Source of the DNA: Escherichia coli
GTDB lineage: Bacteria; Pseudomonadota; Gammaproteobacteria; Enterobacterales; Enterobacteriaceae
NCBI GenBank assembly: GCA_025336725.1
Contig: GCA_025336725.1_3647.1
Direction: 5' to 3' (one strand)
DNA: 64,000 bases
Each line of letters opens with the position of its first letter. Within the stretch, counting starts at the first letter, position 1. Below the pieces are notes generated by a model. The model saw nothing but the letters and a program-made list of their open reading frames with translations, did no database searches and was not told where the DNA came from. Below are positions 39,196-45,897 of this stretch, piece after piece. The position numbers and the translations under genes were made by a program.

Positions 39196-39465
39196 TTATC
39201 GAGGCACTCGGTGGATGATTCTAACAGTAACTGCATTCTCATTCATCAAGTAAGCATCCACATCTCTGTAAATATAAAACTTCTGCTCGCTATCAACAAC
39301 ACAAGCTACTGCCCCTTCAGAGTTGTCTTCAAAGAAGACCACTACTGCATCGCAGCTTAGTTCATGATACGACTCTCGAAGATTTACAGCAAGAGGGTTG
39401 AAATCGTCACGAAAATCTACAGTATGGGTTGGATTTACACGTTCTACAATTTTAAGTGTATACAT
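39196..39465 (-). CDS. hypothetical protein
   Basis: Track ORF 39196-39621 runs into the tRNA-Pro gene; realistic start is ATG at 39463-39465 (MYTLKIVERV...) with AAAGGAA RBS; 89 aa. Confidence 0.4.
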   Translation of the reverse strand: MYTLKIVERVNPTHTVDFRDDFNPLAVNLRESYHELSCDAVVVFFEDNSEGAVACVVDSEQKFYIYRDVDAYLMNENAVTVRIIHRVPR

Positions 39466-39508
39466 TTTTAGGATTCCTTTTGTATATATGTTTAAGGTAT
39501 GGTGAAAT

Positions 39509-39585
39509 TGGTCTCCACGGAGTGATTCGAACACTCGACCTCCTGATCCCAAATCAGGCGCTCTACCAAGCTGAGCTACGCGGAG
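39509..39585 (-). tRNA. tRNA-Pro (anticodon UGG)
   Basis: Manual cloverleaf: 7-bp acceptor (one G-U), D-stem GCTC/GAGC, anticodon loop UUUGGGA, T-loop TTCGAAT, encoded CCA; 77 nt. Confidence 0.8.
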
Positions 39586-39594
39586 TTTATAATT

Positions 39595-39669
39595 TGGTGG
39601 CCCTGGGTGGAATTGAACCACCGTCTGGCGATTATGAGTCGCTTGCTTGAACCTTCCAGCTACAGGGCC
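39595..39669 (-). tRNA. tRNA-Met or tRNA-Ile2 (anticodon CAU)
   Basis: Manual fold: acceptor GGCCCTG/CAGGGCC, anticodon loop CUCAUAA, T-arm GGTGG-TTCAATT-CCACC, encoded CCA; D-stem only 3 bp; 75 nt. Confidence 0.65.
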
Positions 39670-39670
39670 A

Positions 39671-39746
39671 TGGTGCTGATGGCAGGACTCGAACCTGCAA
39701 CCTATTGATTACAAATCAATTGCACTACCAATTGTGCTACATCAGC
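39671..39746 (-). tRNA. tRNA-Thr (anticodon UGU)
   Basis: Manual fold: perfect 7-bp acceptor GCTGATG/CATCAGC, D-stem GCAC/GTGC, anticodon stem ATTGA/TCAAT, loop UUUGUAA, T-arm GCAGG-TTCGAGT-CCTGC, CCA; 76 nt. Confidence 0.8.
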
Positions 39747-39751
39747 AAAAA

Positions 39752-39850
39752 GGTGCTAGGCGATGGAATCGAACCACCTATGTATTCAACGACTACTTCG
39801 TCTATTTTCAGGATTAAAAATCCTCGCCCTTGCCAAAGGGCCTACCTAGC
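39752..39850 (-). tRNA. aberrant tRNA-like element (Lys-UUU-like anticodon loop, ~30-nt extra segment); possible pseudo-tRNA
   Basis: Good acceptor (GCTAGGT / GCCTAGC), D-arm (GCCC-N8-GGGC) and T-arm (GGTGG-TTCGATT-CCATC), but the anticodon stem is only 4 bp (loop UUUUUAA) and ~30 nt separate it from the T-arm; no encoded CCA; 99 nt. Confidence 0.3.
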
Positions 39851-39948
39851 ATATTATGCGAATCATGCTGCTAGTCGGCGATGACGACTGTAACATTTGT
39901 TAATCCGGTTCTGCTTCCGGAGCTCGCTTAATTTCATGATCCACGATC

Positions 39949-40038
39949 TGGCAGAGAGTAATGGAATCGAACCATCATCGAGGATATCTCAACGGGACGG
40001 TTTTCAAGACCGCTTGAGCACCATGCTCCCTACTCTCT
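39949..40038 (-). tRNA. tRNA-Ser (anticodon UGA)
   Basis: Manual fold: acceptor AGAGAGT/ACTCTCT, anticodon stem-loop GCGGT-CUUGAAA-ACCGT, ~20-nt variable arm with small hairpin, T-arm GATGG-TTCGATT-CCATT, CCA; 90 nt (type II). Confidence 0.7.
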
Positions 40039-40150
40039 TTTTATAAACAACACTGATAATGACACTGATTTTCGAACAGTTAGTGACTAGTATAAACGAC
40101 GATAAACATCAATGTCATTATCTATGTTATTTATCACAAATATGTAATTT

Positions 40151-40237
40151 TGGTGGGGAGTGATGGAGTCGAACCACCCGAGTCGCAATGACAATAGATT
40201 TACAGTCTACACCGCTACCCCTACGGTATAACTCCCC
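40151..40237 (-). tRNA. tRNA-Tyr (anticodon GUA)
   Basis: Manual fold: acceptor GGGGAGT/ACTCCCC, anticodon loop CUGUAAA, 15-nt variable arm hairpin (GTC-ATTGC-GAC), T-arm GGTGG-TTCGACT-CCATC, CCA; 87 nt. Confidence 0.75.
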
Positions 40238-40241
40238 GATT

Positions 40242-40316
40242 TGGCACCCCGTACTGGACTCGAACCAGTGTCAACGGCTTAGAAGGCCGCTGCTTTATCC
40301 ACTAAGCTAACAGGGC
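40242..40316 (-). tRNA. tRNA-Arg (anticodon UCU)
   Basis: Manual fold: acceptor GCCCTGT/ACGGGGT (two G-U pairs), D-stem GCTT/AAGC, anticodon stem GCGGC/GCCGT, loop CUUCUAA, T-arm ACTGG-TTCGAGT-CCAGT, CCA; 75 nt. Confidence 0.7.
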
Positions 40317-40374
40317 ACTGGGTGGCTTTCTTTTACACCTGAGCCGCCAGAAAAGGTGGGAGACCATGTTTATA

Positions 40375-40403
40375 ATATTACACTGTTAAGCAAAGTTTGT
40401 CAA
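40375..40403 (-). promoter_or_regulatory. sigma70-like promoter upstream of the tRNA cluster
   Basis: On the minus strand: TTGACA, 17-bp spacer ending in TG, then TAATAT; about 60 nt upstream of the tRNA-Arg 5' end. Confidence 0.5.
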
Positions 40404-40412
40404 GAAAATATT

Positions 40413-40606
40413 TTAACTGTTGCTAACAGGCTGTATTTCGGTGGTAAACGGCATAAAAGGTGCTGGTTTTTCAGCCTCTTCTACTACCACCTCTTCTTCC
40501 TCTTCACCAAACATCTCATCATATTCTTCCTGCATTCTGTCTGCCTTGTCAAGGACATACTCTGCAATGCTTTGACGAATATTTTGTTTGGTTTTCGGAT
40601 CCAACA
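40413..40606 (-). CDS. hypothetical acidic protein (may extend into the assembly gap)
   Basis: ATG at 40604-40606 (MLDPKTKQNIRQ...), Glu-rich C-terminus; the track ORF extends through the N-run, which cannot be trusted. Confidence 0.35.
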
Positions 40607-40607
40607 T

Positions 40608-40708
40608 CNNNNNNNNNNNNNNNNNNNNNNNNNNNNNNNNNNNNNNNNNNNNNNNNNNNNNNNNNNNNNNNNNNNNNNNNNNNNNNNNNNNNNNNNNNNN
40701 NNNNNNNN
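40608..40708. other. assembly gap (run of N)
   Basis: Unresolved bases seen directly in the sequence. Confidence 0.99.
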
Positions 40709-40716
40709 AAACAACC

Positions 40717-40959
40717 TCATTGTAAAGCACAAATAAATAAAACATACTTAATTTGTTTGTTATCGGGCTCAGGGTAGAAGTAGAAGATCTTGCTATCACC
40801 AATCTGAACACCACCATCCCAACAACATAAACCATAACCCGTATTCATACAAGCTAAGTCGTTGGCAAAATCTATTGCATCATCTAGTGCACGAAATTCA
40901 CCTTCATCTTCTAAATAATCCTCATTCATGGAGCGGAAAACGAGCTTAACCTTAAACAT
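40717..40959 (-). CDS. hypothetical protein
   Basis: 80 aa ORF; ATG with AGGTAA 6 nt upstream; stop lies just before the N-run. Confidence 0.4.
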   Translation of the reverse strand: MFKVKLVFRSMNEDYLEDEGEFRALDDAIDFANDLACMNTGYGLCCWDGGVQIGDSKIFYFYPEPDNKQIKYVLFICALQ

Positions 40960-41035
40960 AGCATTACCTGTAGACCTCGTAAGTTAAAATTGCATCACAT
41001 CATATTGCAGATCTTATCAGGTAACACTGTTTTTG

Positions 41036-41224
41036 TCAACAGATTCCGGCCTTATCCTTCCTGTCTGCGTACTCTTTAATCGCAATCTCATCTGCATTGA
41101 GGGCCAAGCCTTCAAAGTAATCCTCAAGCTCCTCGTCAATATCAGGAGACCAGCTCTTTTTCCTGTCAGTGTGAATTGCAGACTTGTTGAACTTATTACA
41201 GTTCTTTGCTACCGGATTGTTCAT
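41036..41224 (-). CDS. hypothetical protein
   Basis: 62 aa ORF; ATG preceded by GAGGAG RBS. Confidence 0.45.
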   Translation of the reverse strand: MNNPVAKNCNKFNKSAIHTDRKKSWSPDIDEELEDYFEGLALNADEIAIKEYADRKDKAGIC

Positions 41225-41244
41225 TAGCTCTCCTCAGCGTTCAT

Positions 41245-41480
41245 AGTAAATTTTATTTAACATTACCTCATTCTTTGCAGAAAGAATACCGAGATATGCA
41301 TCACCGAACCTACCTGCAACAACCTCTGCATGATACATCACTTCGTTAATATCGTCAAGAGTGATAACTGGATGACCGTATCTCTCTGAATATTGTCTTA
41401 GAGTGCGATGTAGAGAGTCGTCATCGTAGGCAGACTTTTTAATATCGCAAACACGACGAATAGCCTTGATGTCGAAAAAC
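41245..41480 (-). CDS. open frame without start codon; probable frameshifted C-terminal continuation of the upstream gene
   Basis: About 75 codons open in a shifted frame (...GFFDIKAIRRVCDIKKSAYDDDSLHRTLRQYSERYGHPVITLDDINEVMYHAEVVAGRFGDAYLGILSAKNEVMLNKIYYER) directly after the stop of the 41492-41812 ORF; no in-frame ATG until the last 35 codons. Confidence 0.3.
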
Positions 41481-41491
41481 CCTGTGCGATA

Positions 41492-41812
41492 CTAACCAAA
41501 GGAAAGTGTCTCATCAGTATCAACATCTACATCAATACTAGCAAGAACCTTATCTACAAGATAGCTGTCATCCTTTGGACTAGCTTCCTTAGTGCGAATG
41601 TAGTTGCCATCTTTCCCTGGTGACAACTCCTTCTCATCACCAACTCGCATGTCATCGTTTGGCGGTGTTAACCACTTATCTGGATGCTTACGATCACGAG
41701 CGTCCGAATGATTGCGCTGGAAACCTGGCTTCCACTTGAAAGTTTTCCCCATCTGTTCTTCATCCTGATAACGTTTTGCAATCTTTTCTCGGTCATGTTT
41801 GCGTGAGCTCAT
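41492..41812 (-). CDS. hypothetical basic protein
   Basis: 106 aa ORF; ATG preceded by GAGGAG RBS. Confidence 0.45.
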   Translation of the reverse strand: MSSRKHDREKIAKRYQDEEQMGKTFKWKPGFQRNHSDARDRKHPDKWLTPPNDDMRVGDEKELSPGKDGNYIRTKEASPKDDSYLVDKVLASIDVDVDTDETLSFG

Positions 41813-41934
41813 AGCTGACTCCTCTTCAGGTTATAGAAAAACTCACTGTATCGCTTTGTAACAAGCTTTTCTATCAATCTGGTGTGATTGCCTTACCTAA
41901 TGTAGTTCACACAGCTGTAGAGCGATTTAGAGGC

Positions 41935-42180
41935 CTTCTTGCCAGTTTCCACACATAAACTTTAAACAAACTCGCGCGGGAGACTCTCAACCGACTCCTT
42001 ACGGCGCTTGCAAGCTTTCGTCGGCGGTCCACATTAGTGCTCGGCCTTTGGCCTGCGCTATAGCTTCGCTACCACACATGTGAACAGTCATGCATGTATG
42101 CACGCCTGTTATTGTGTGCACTATGGAGGCCCGGCATCTCGCCCCTCATAGGCGAGTGCCAATGAAGGGCCGACACTATA
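41935..42180. other. GC-rich non-coding island with nested inverted repeats (candidate structured RNA or cis element)
   Basis: No ORF of 60 aa or more on the minus strand; visibly GC-richer than flanks; perfect palindrome GCTTGCAAGC; hairpins GGCC-TTT-GGCC and CTCGCC-N7-GGCGAG nested within GGCCC...GGGCC. Confidence 0.3.
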
Positions 42181-42315
42181 CCAGTAAGTAATAAATTTAA
42201 AACATAATACTTTAGATCTAGTATATTCTACATAAGTTAAGTATATGTACTTTAGTACCATAAGTACTAGATCTTTTATTTTTTATTATTTAGTTATTTT
42301 AGTTATATTCTTTAT
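42181..42315. promoter_or_regulatory. AT-rich region with 10-bp inverted repeat pair (possible DNA-unwinding element)
   Basis: Highly AT-rich; AGATCTAGTA (42214-42223) and its reverse complement TACTAGATCT (42265-42274); lies directly beside the palindrome array. Confidence 0.3.
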
Positions 42316-42398
42316 GTGTCCGTATCACGGACAGTTAGTGTCCGTATTACGGACAGATGTGTCCGCGTGGCGGACAGTAGTGTCCGTCTCACGGACAG
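42316..42398. repeat. array of four tandem 17-bp palindromes TGTCCGY-N3-RCGGACA at 21-22 bp spacing (iteron/operator array)
   Basis: Four units start at 42316, 42338, 42359 and 42380: GTGTCCGTATCACGGACAG, GTGTCCGTATTACGGACAG, GTGTCCGCGTGGCGGACAG, GTGTCCGTCTCACGGACAG; each core is a perfect inverted repeat with 7-bp arms and 3-bp spacer. Confidence 0.8.
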
Positions 42399-42419
42399 TT
42401 GGTAATCTTTGTGCTGTTG

Positions 42420-42448
42420 TGGACATAAAACATACATACCTTTATAAT
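42420..42448 (+). promoter_or_regulatory. sigma70-like promoter adjacent to the palindrome array
   Basis: TGGACA (42420-42425), 17-bp spacer, TATAAT (42443-42448); the -35 overlaps a DnaA-box-like TTGTGGACA; it would fire antisense to the winged-helix gene. Confidence 0.4.
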
Positions 42449-42472
42449 ACAAATATTTAAGTTTTTACTGGT

Positions 42473-42823
42473 CTAACCAGTTGTCGACATGTGAATCACT
42501 TCTTCTGGTGGTAAAACTTTAGAAAATGTGCATCTTTTCCCTCTCCCTTGTGTGGAAGTTTCAACTATCCCAGCACACTCTAAAGTTCTAACGCATTCTG
42601 CTGCTTTCGTTTTCTTAATCCCTGTATCAGCTGCAATTTTCCTTGTGCTTGGTGTGAATCGTGAATTTCCTCCAAGCTTATACCAGTTGTGCAGATAGCA
42701 GTATACTACCTTGTCATACAGATCAAGAATAACCACCTCTCCTGTTGTAGTATTCAAAACTTTCGACAGAGAAAGTATCCCAAGCGGGACTTTAAGATAG
42801 GGCAGCTTATCCTCATCTTTCAT
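42473..42823 (-). CDS. putative winged-helix DNA-binding protein (candidate iteron/operator binder)
   Basis: 116 aa; C-terminal half PSTRKIAADTGIKKTKAAECVRTLECAGIVE looks like a helix-turn-helix/winged-helix recognition segment; stop lies 75 bp from the palindrome array. Confidence 0.4.
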   Translation of the reverse strand: MKDEDKLPYLKVPLGILSLSKVLNTTTGEVVILDLYDKVVYCYLHNWYKLGGNSRFTPSTRKIAADTGIKKTKAAECVRTLECAGIVETSTQGRGKRCTFSKVLPPEEVIHMSTTG

Positions 42824-42870
42824 ATCTCCTGATTCTCCTTGTGTGGATATTTTCTTTAATATAGCAGGGA

Positions 42871-43425
42871 TTACTCCCTGCTGTCAATATCAAAACCCAT
42901 TGCAAGGCCGTATGCCTCTTCTAGCGGTAACAGTCTCCCCCACACATCCCAACCAACATCCAACTGCCTGCCAAATAACTGTTGTGTGGTTCCGTGAGCA
43001 TGACCAAACAGTTGAACTGATCCGTGGGGCTTTCTGTTCCACGTTGCAAACTGGTAATGGCTCATACAGATCAGATTCTTGTTGTGGCGAAGCTCGTAAT
43101 AATCTACAACCTCATGACAGAACTCTTTCATAATTCTGACAGTCGTCCTTGTGTCATGGTTACCACGAACAAGAATAATATGTCCGTTCAGCATATTTAG
43201 AATTTCAGGCAGTAAGTTGTTGATATTCTTATCCTTAGTGCATGCAATGTCTCCCAAGTGGAACACGGTGTCCCATGGTGACACAATTGAGTTCCACTTG
43301 TCTATGATCCCTGCATTCATGCTATCAAGATCGTGGTTATACTGCGATCTGTGCTTTTGACAAGAATCGAACTCCATAACACGCTGGTGGAGAAAGTGTG
43401 TGTCACTTGTTATAAAATATTTCAT
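42871..43425 (-). CDS. calcineurin-like metallophosphatase (candidate RNA 3'-phosphatase)
   Basis: 184 aa; metallophosphoesterase motifs ITSDTHF, GD (HLGDIA), VRGNHD, and a His cluster (HAHG); adjacent to a P-loop kinase and divergent from an Rnl1-like ligase. Confidence 0.6.
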   Translation of the reverse strand: MKYFITSDTHFLHQRVMEFDSCQKHRSQYNHDLDSMNAGIIDKWNSIVSPWDTVFHLGDIACTKDKNINNLLPEILNMLNGHIILVRGNHDTRTTVRIMKEFCHEVVDYYELRHNKNLICMSHYQFATWNRKPHGSVQLFGHAHGTTQQLFGRQLDVGWDVWGRLLPLEEAYGLAMGFDIDSRE

Positions 43426-43432
43426 ACTATCC

Positions 43433-43843
43433 TCATTTAAGTTTAATACAGTTTTTCAGTTCACGTTCCATACGATCCACAACCCTTTCTGGAACATTGT
43501 GGATACTTTTGTTACCGTGGCGATTCTCCACCACGATTACGGTGTAATTATACCCATTACGGATCGCCATGTCAATATACTCTTGCACATGCTTTTCTTT
43601 TGTGAATGTGTTGCTTACCACGACACGGTCGTATCCCATACGCATCATATCTTCTATATTATCTTTGCACCATTTTGCAGCAAGTGTGACTTTACTTGCA
43701 TCCCAGTTGTAATTTCCATCATCGTCGTACCAGAACATGTCGTTCTCAAAATGTGGATACAGACCTTCTAAAGATAGCGCATTTGCCAGTGTTGATTTGC
43801 CAGACCCTGGTAGACCACGCACGATATACAGCATTTTAGACAT
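43433..43843 (-). CDS. polynucleotide-kinase-like P-loop kinase
   Basis: Likely start ATG 43841-43843 (MSKMLYIVRGLPGSGKST...) with GGAGGG RBS; Walker A GLPGSGKST and VVVSNT segment resemble the T4 Pnk kinase domain. Confidence 0.55.
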   Translation of the reverse strand: MSKMLYIVRGLPGSGKSTLANALSLEGLYPHFENDMFWYDDDGNYNWDASKVTLAAKWCKDNIEDMMRMGYDRVVVSNTFTKEKHVQEYIDMAIRNGYNYTVIVVENRHGNKSIHNVPERVVDRMERELKNCIKLK

Positions 43844-43961
43844 AGCGACCCTCCGTTTTAATTTTAACGACAGTATACCGTGTTCTTTTGAACATTTCAA
43901 GTGTTGACATGATGCTGTTTGTGTGGGAAGATTGTGTAACAAAATGACAAACGAGGAACGT

Positions 43962-44879
43962 ATGATGAAGTATTTTAATGCAGATGATTTAGTGGATAAA
44001 GGTCTTGTAACCAGTCGGTATTATCCAAATCTCGGATTAAAGATCTACAAATATGCCAGAAAAGTATTCTACAACAATTTATGGCATTTGTCTCCGCGTC
44101 TACTGGAGTGCCGAGGCATTGTTGTCGGTAACGAGGGGAATGTTGTGGCATGGCCCTTCACAAAAGTGTTTAACTTAGGAGAAAACTCCACCAACCTACC
44201 TGACAATAAGCTTGTGACGGCTGTAGAGAAAAAGAACGGGTTCCTTGGCGTGGTATCCTCTCATAAAGGTGAACTATTGTTCTCAACGACTGGGTCTCTT
44301 GATTCTCCATATTGTAACCTTGCAAAGGAAACCATCCAGGAGCAATGTGGCAATTTAGATCTTATCAAGAAGGTTATGGGCCATGAAAACATGACATTTA
44401 TGTTTGAAATTTGTCACCCTTCAGACCCGCATATTGTTCATGAGGATCATGGTGCGTATTTGATAGGTTGTAGATACAATGATTCTGGAATAATGCTACC
44501 AGAAGCGGCTTTAGACGGTATTGCCAAGTATCTTGGTGCAAAACGTCCTCACACTGTGCGTGAAATTCCGTTCAGCTATGCAAAAGAATTAGCTGCAGAA
44601 ACAAGAGGTGAAGGGTATATGATTCGTAAGCCTTACTACCCTTATGATCTGCAGCTGAAGATCAAGTCTCCATACTATTTGGCACGGAAGGCCGTAATGA
44701 GGGGTAAAGCTTGGAAGATTTGGGATGATGATATCTTTAAACGTGTTGACGAAGAGTTTTATGGCATGGTAAACTTCATTCGTAGCAATTACACAGAAGA
44801 TGTGTGGAACTGCCTCCTGGAGCAAGAACGTCGTGAGATACTTGACTGCTATTTCCACAACGAGGACTATATGCAATGA
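43962..44879 (+). CDS. RNA ligase, T4 Rnl1-like
   Basis: Shares LECRGI, KVFNLGEN (T4 KFFNLNEN) and nucleotidyltransferase motif I lysine VEKKNGFLG (T4 KEDG); motif IV EGYMIRK and V LKIKSP. Track start is GTG 43923; ATG 43962 has GAGGAA RBS. Confidence 0.7.
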   Translation: MMKYFNADDLVDKGLVTSRYYPNLGLKIYKYARKVFYNNLWHLSPRLLECRGIVVGNEGNVVAWPFTKVFNLGENSTNLPDNKLVTAVEKKNGFLGVVSSHKGELLFSTTGSLDSPYCNLAKETIQEQCGNLDLIKKVMGHENMTFMFEICHPSDPHIVHEDHGAYLIGCRYNDSGIMLPEAALDGIAKYLGAKRPHTVREIPFSYAKELAAETRGEGYMIRKPYYPYDLQLKIKSPYYLARKAVMRGKAWKIWDDDIFKRVDEEFYGMVNFIRSNYTEDVWNCLLEQERREILDCYFHNEDYMQ

Positions 44880-44924
44880 AGAAGTGGAAAGTTCTTTTTA
44901 ATCATTCCAGCTTAAGGGAGCTGT

Positions 44925-45533
44925 ATGAAACTTGTGCATGGTGTTGGTGTTAATGATGCAGACTATCCTGTCAGGGTTTTAGACAAGGATACCGGAAAGA
45001 GAATCATGTGTCCTTTTTATATGACATGGTCAAATATGCTAGGAAGGTGCTACCTTAAAAACAAGAAATTTGAAGCTTATGCTATGGTAGAAGTTTGTGA
45101 AGAATGGAAAATCTTCAGCAACTTTAAGCGCTGGATGGAAAAACAAGATTGGCGGGATAAATTTTTAGATAAAGATATCCTGTTTGAAAATAATCTTATA
45201 TACTGTCCAGAAGCGTGTATTTTTGTTCCTCGTGAAATAAACAACTTCTTTGTAGCAAGGGTACCACAAAGAGGGGAGTGTTTGATGGGAGTAAGAAGAA
45301 AAGGCCCATCTTTTGCTGCCTATTGCAAAGATGGGGTTAATGACACACAGGTTTATCTTGGAACCTTTCCCACGCAGATTGAGGCACATATGAAATACTT
45401 GGAATGCAAACTGCAACTTCTTAGAGACTTGATTAGAACTGTAGATGACAGTAGGTTGCTATTAGGATTACGAAGAATTGAGAGTAAGATAGTTTTAGCT
45501 TTATCTTCAAAAACACCGATAGAAAATTTTTAG
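44925..45533 (+). CDS. homing-endonuclease-like protein with AP2-type DNA-binding domain
   Basis: 202 aa; N-terminal YMTWSNMLGRCY...EAYAMVEVCEEW motif common to phage endonuclease-associated domains; C-terminal VYLGTFPTQIEAHMKY AP2-like segment. Confidence 0.45.
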   Translation: MKLVHGVGVNDADYPVRVLDKDTGKRIMCPFYMTWSNMLGRCYLKNKKFEAYAMVEVCEEWKIFSNFKRWMEKQDWRDKFLDKDILFENNLIYCPEACIFVPREINNFFVARVPQRGECLMGVRRKGPSFAAYCKDGVNDTQVYLGTFPTQIEAHMKYLECKLQLLRDLIRTVDDSRLLLGLRRIESKIVLALSSKTPIENF

Positions 45534-45541
45534 AGGGATGT

Positions 45542-45889
45542 ATGAAAGTCTGGATAGATGATTTGCGTAACCCAGCTGATTACGGACAGGCAGATGCAGT
45601 TTGGTTTAAAACTTCACAAGAGGCTATGGAGTTTCTCAATACTCCTGCTAAAATGTATCGAAGAGTGACAGAGTGGTTTTTTGACCACGATTTGGGTGAA
45701 GACTCTGATCAAGACGGGTATGCTGTTTTATTGCGCCTGGAAGAGCTATTTGTATTTGGCAAGCCACCTGTTGTTGACAACGTGAAGATTTTCGTGCATA
45801 CTTCTAACCCATCAGCAGCTCGTAAATTTATGCTTGCTGCAGATTCGTTCAGAAAGTTTGGAATAGAGATCAAACAGAACATTTACTGA
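45542..45889 (+). CDS. hypothetical protein
   Basis: 115 aa ORF; conserved-looking Asp-rich motifs (WIDDLRNP, DHDLGEDSDQDG); function unknown. Confidence 0.4.
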   Translation: MKVWIDDLRNPADYGQADAVWFKTSQEAMEFLNTPAKMYRRVTEWFFDHDLGEDSDQDGYAVLLRLEELFVFGKPPVVDNVKIFVHTSNPSAARKFMLAADSFRKFGIEIKQNIY

Positions 45890-45897
45890 GGACACCT

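Noticed and set aside
39196-39650. Track ORFs 39196-39621 (minus) and 39456-39650 (plus) overlapping tRNA-Pro and tRNA-Met
   Set aside because: Their upstream or downstream parts are simply translations of tRNA genes; only the 39196-39465 portion with its own ATG and RBS was kept as a CDS.
40039-40150. Possible additional tRNA between tRNA-Ser and tRNA-Tyr
   Set aside because: Only a TTCGAAAAT T-loop-like hairpin and a 7-bp acceptor-like pairing (TAATGAC/GTCATTA) 49 nt apart are present; too short for D and anticodon arms.
40356-40835. Track ORFs that run through the N-run (40356-40736, 40460-40777, 40484-40732, 40413-40835)
   Set aside because: Their continuity depends on unknown bases translated as X; only the parts outside the gap with real start or stop codons were annotated.
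42316-42398. Possible CRISPR array
   Set aside because: The repeats are contiguous palindromes separated by only 2-3 bp, with no spacers, so this is an iteron/operator-type array.
42245-42460. Plus-strand 71-aa ORF covering the palindrome array
   Set aside because: Its sequence is a direct readout of the tandem palindromes and AT-rich tract (repetitive, low complexity) with no RBS; the region is better explained as regulatory DNA.
43904-43932. TTGACA at 43904-43909 as a promoter for the RNA ligase gene
   Set aside because: No acceptable -10 hexamer at 16-18 bp spacing (gaagat/aagatt), so it was not annotated; a phage-specific promoter type cannot be excluded.
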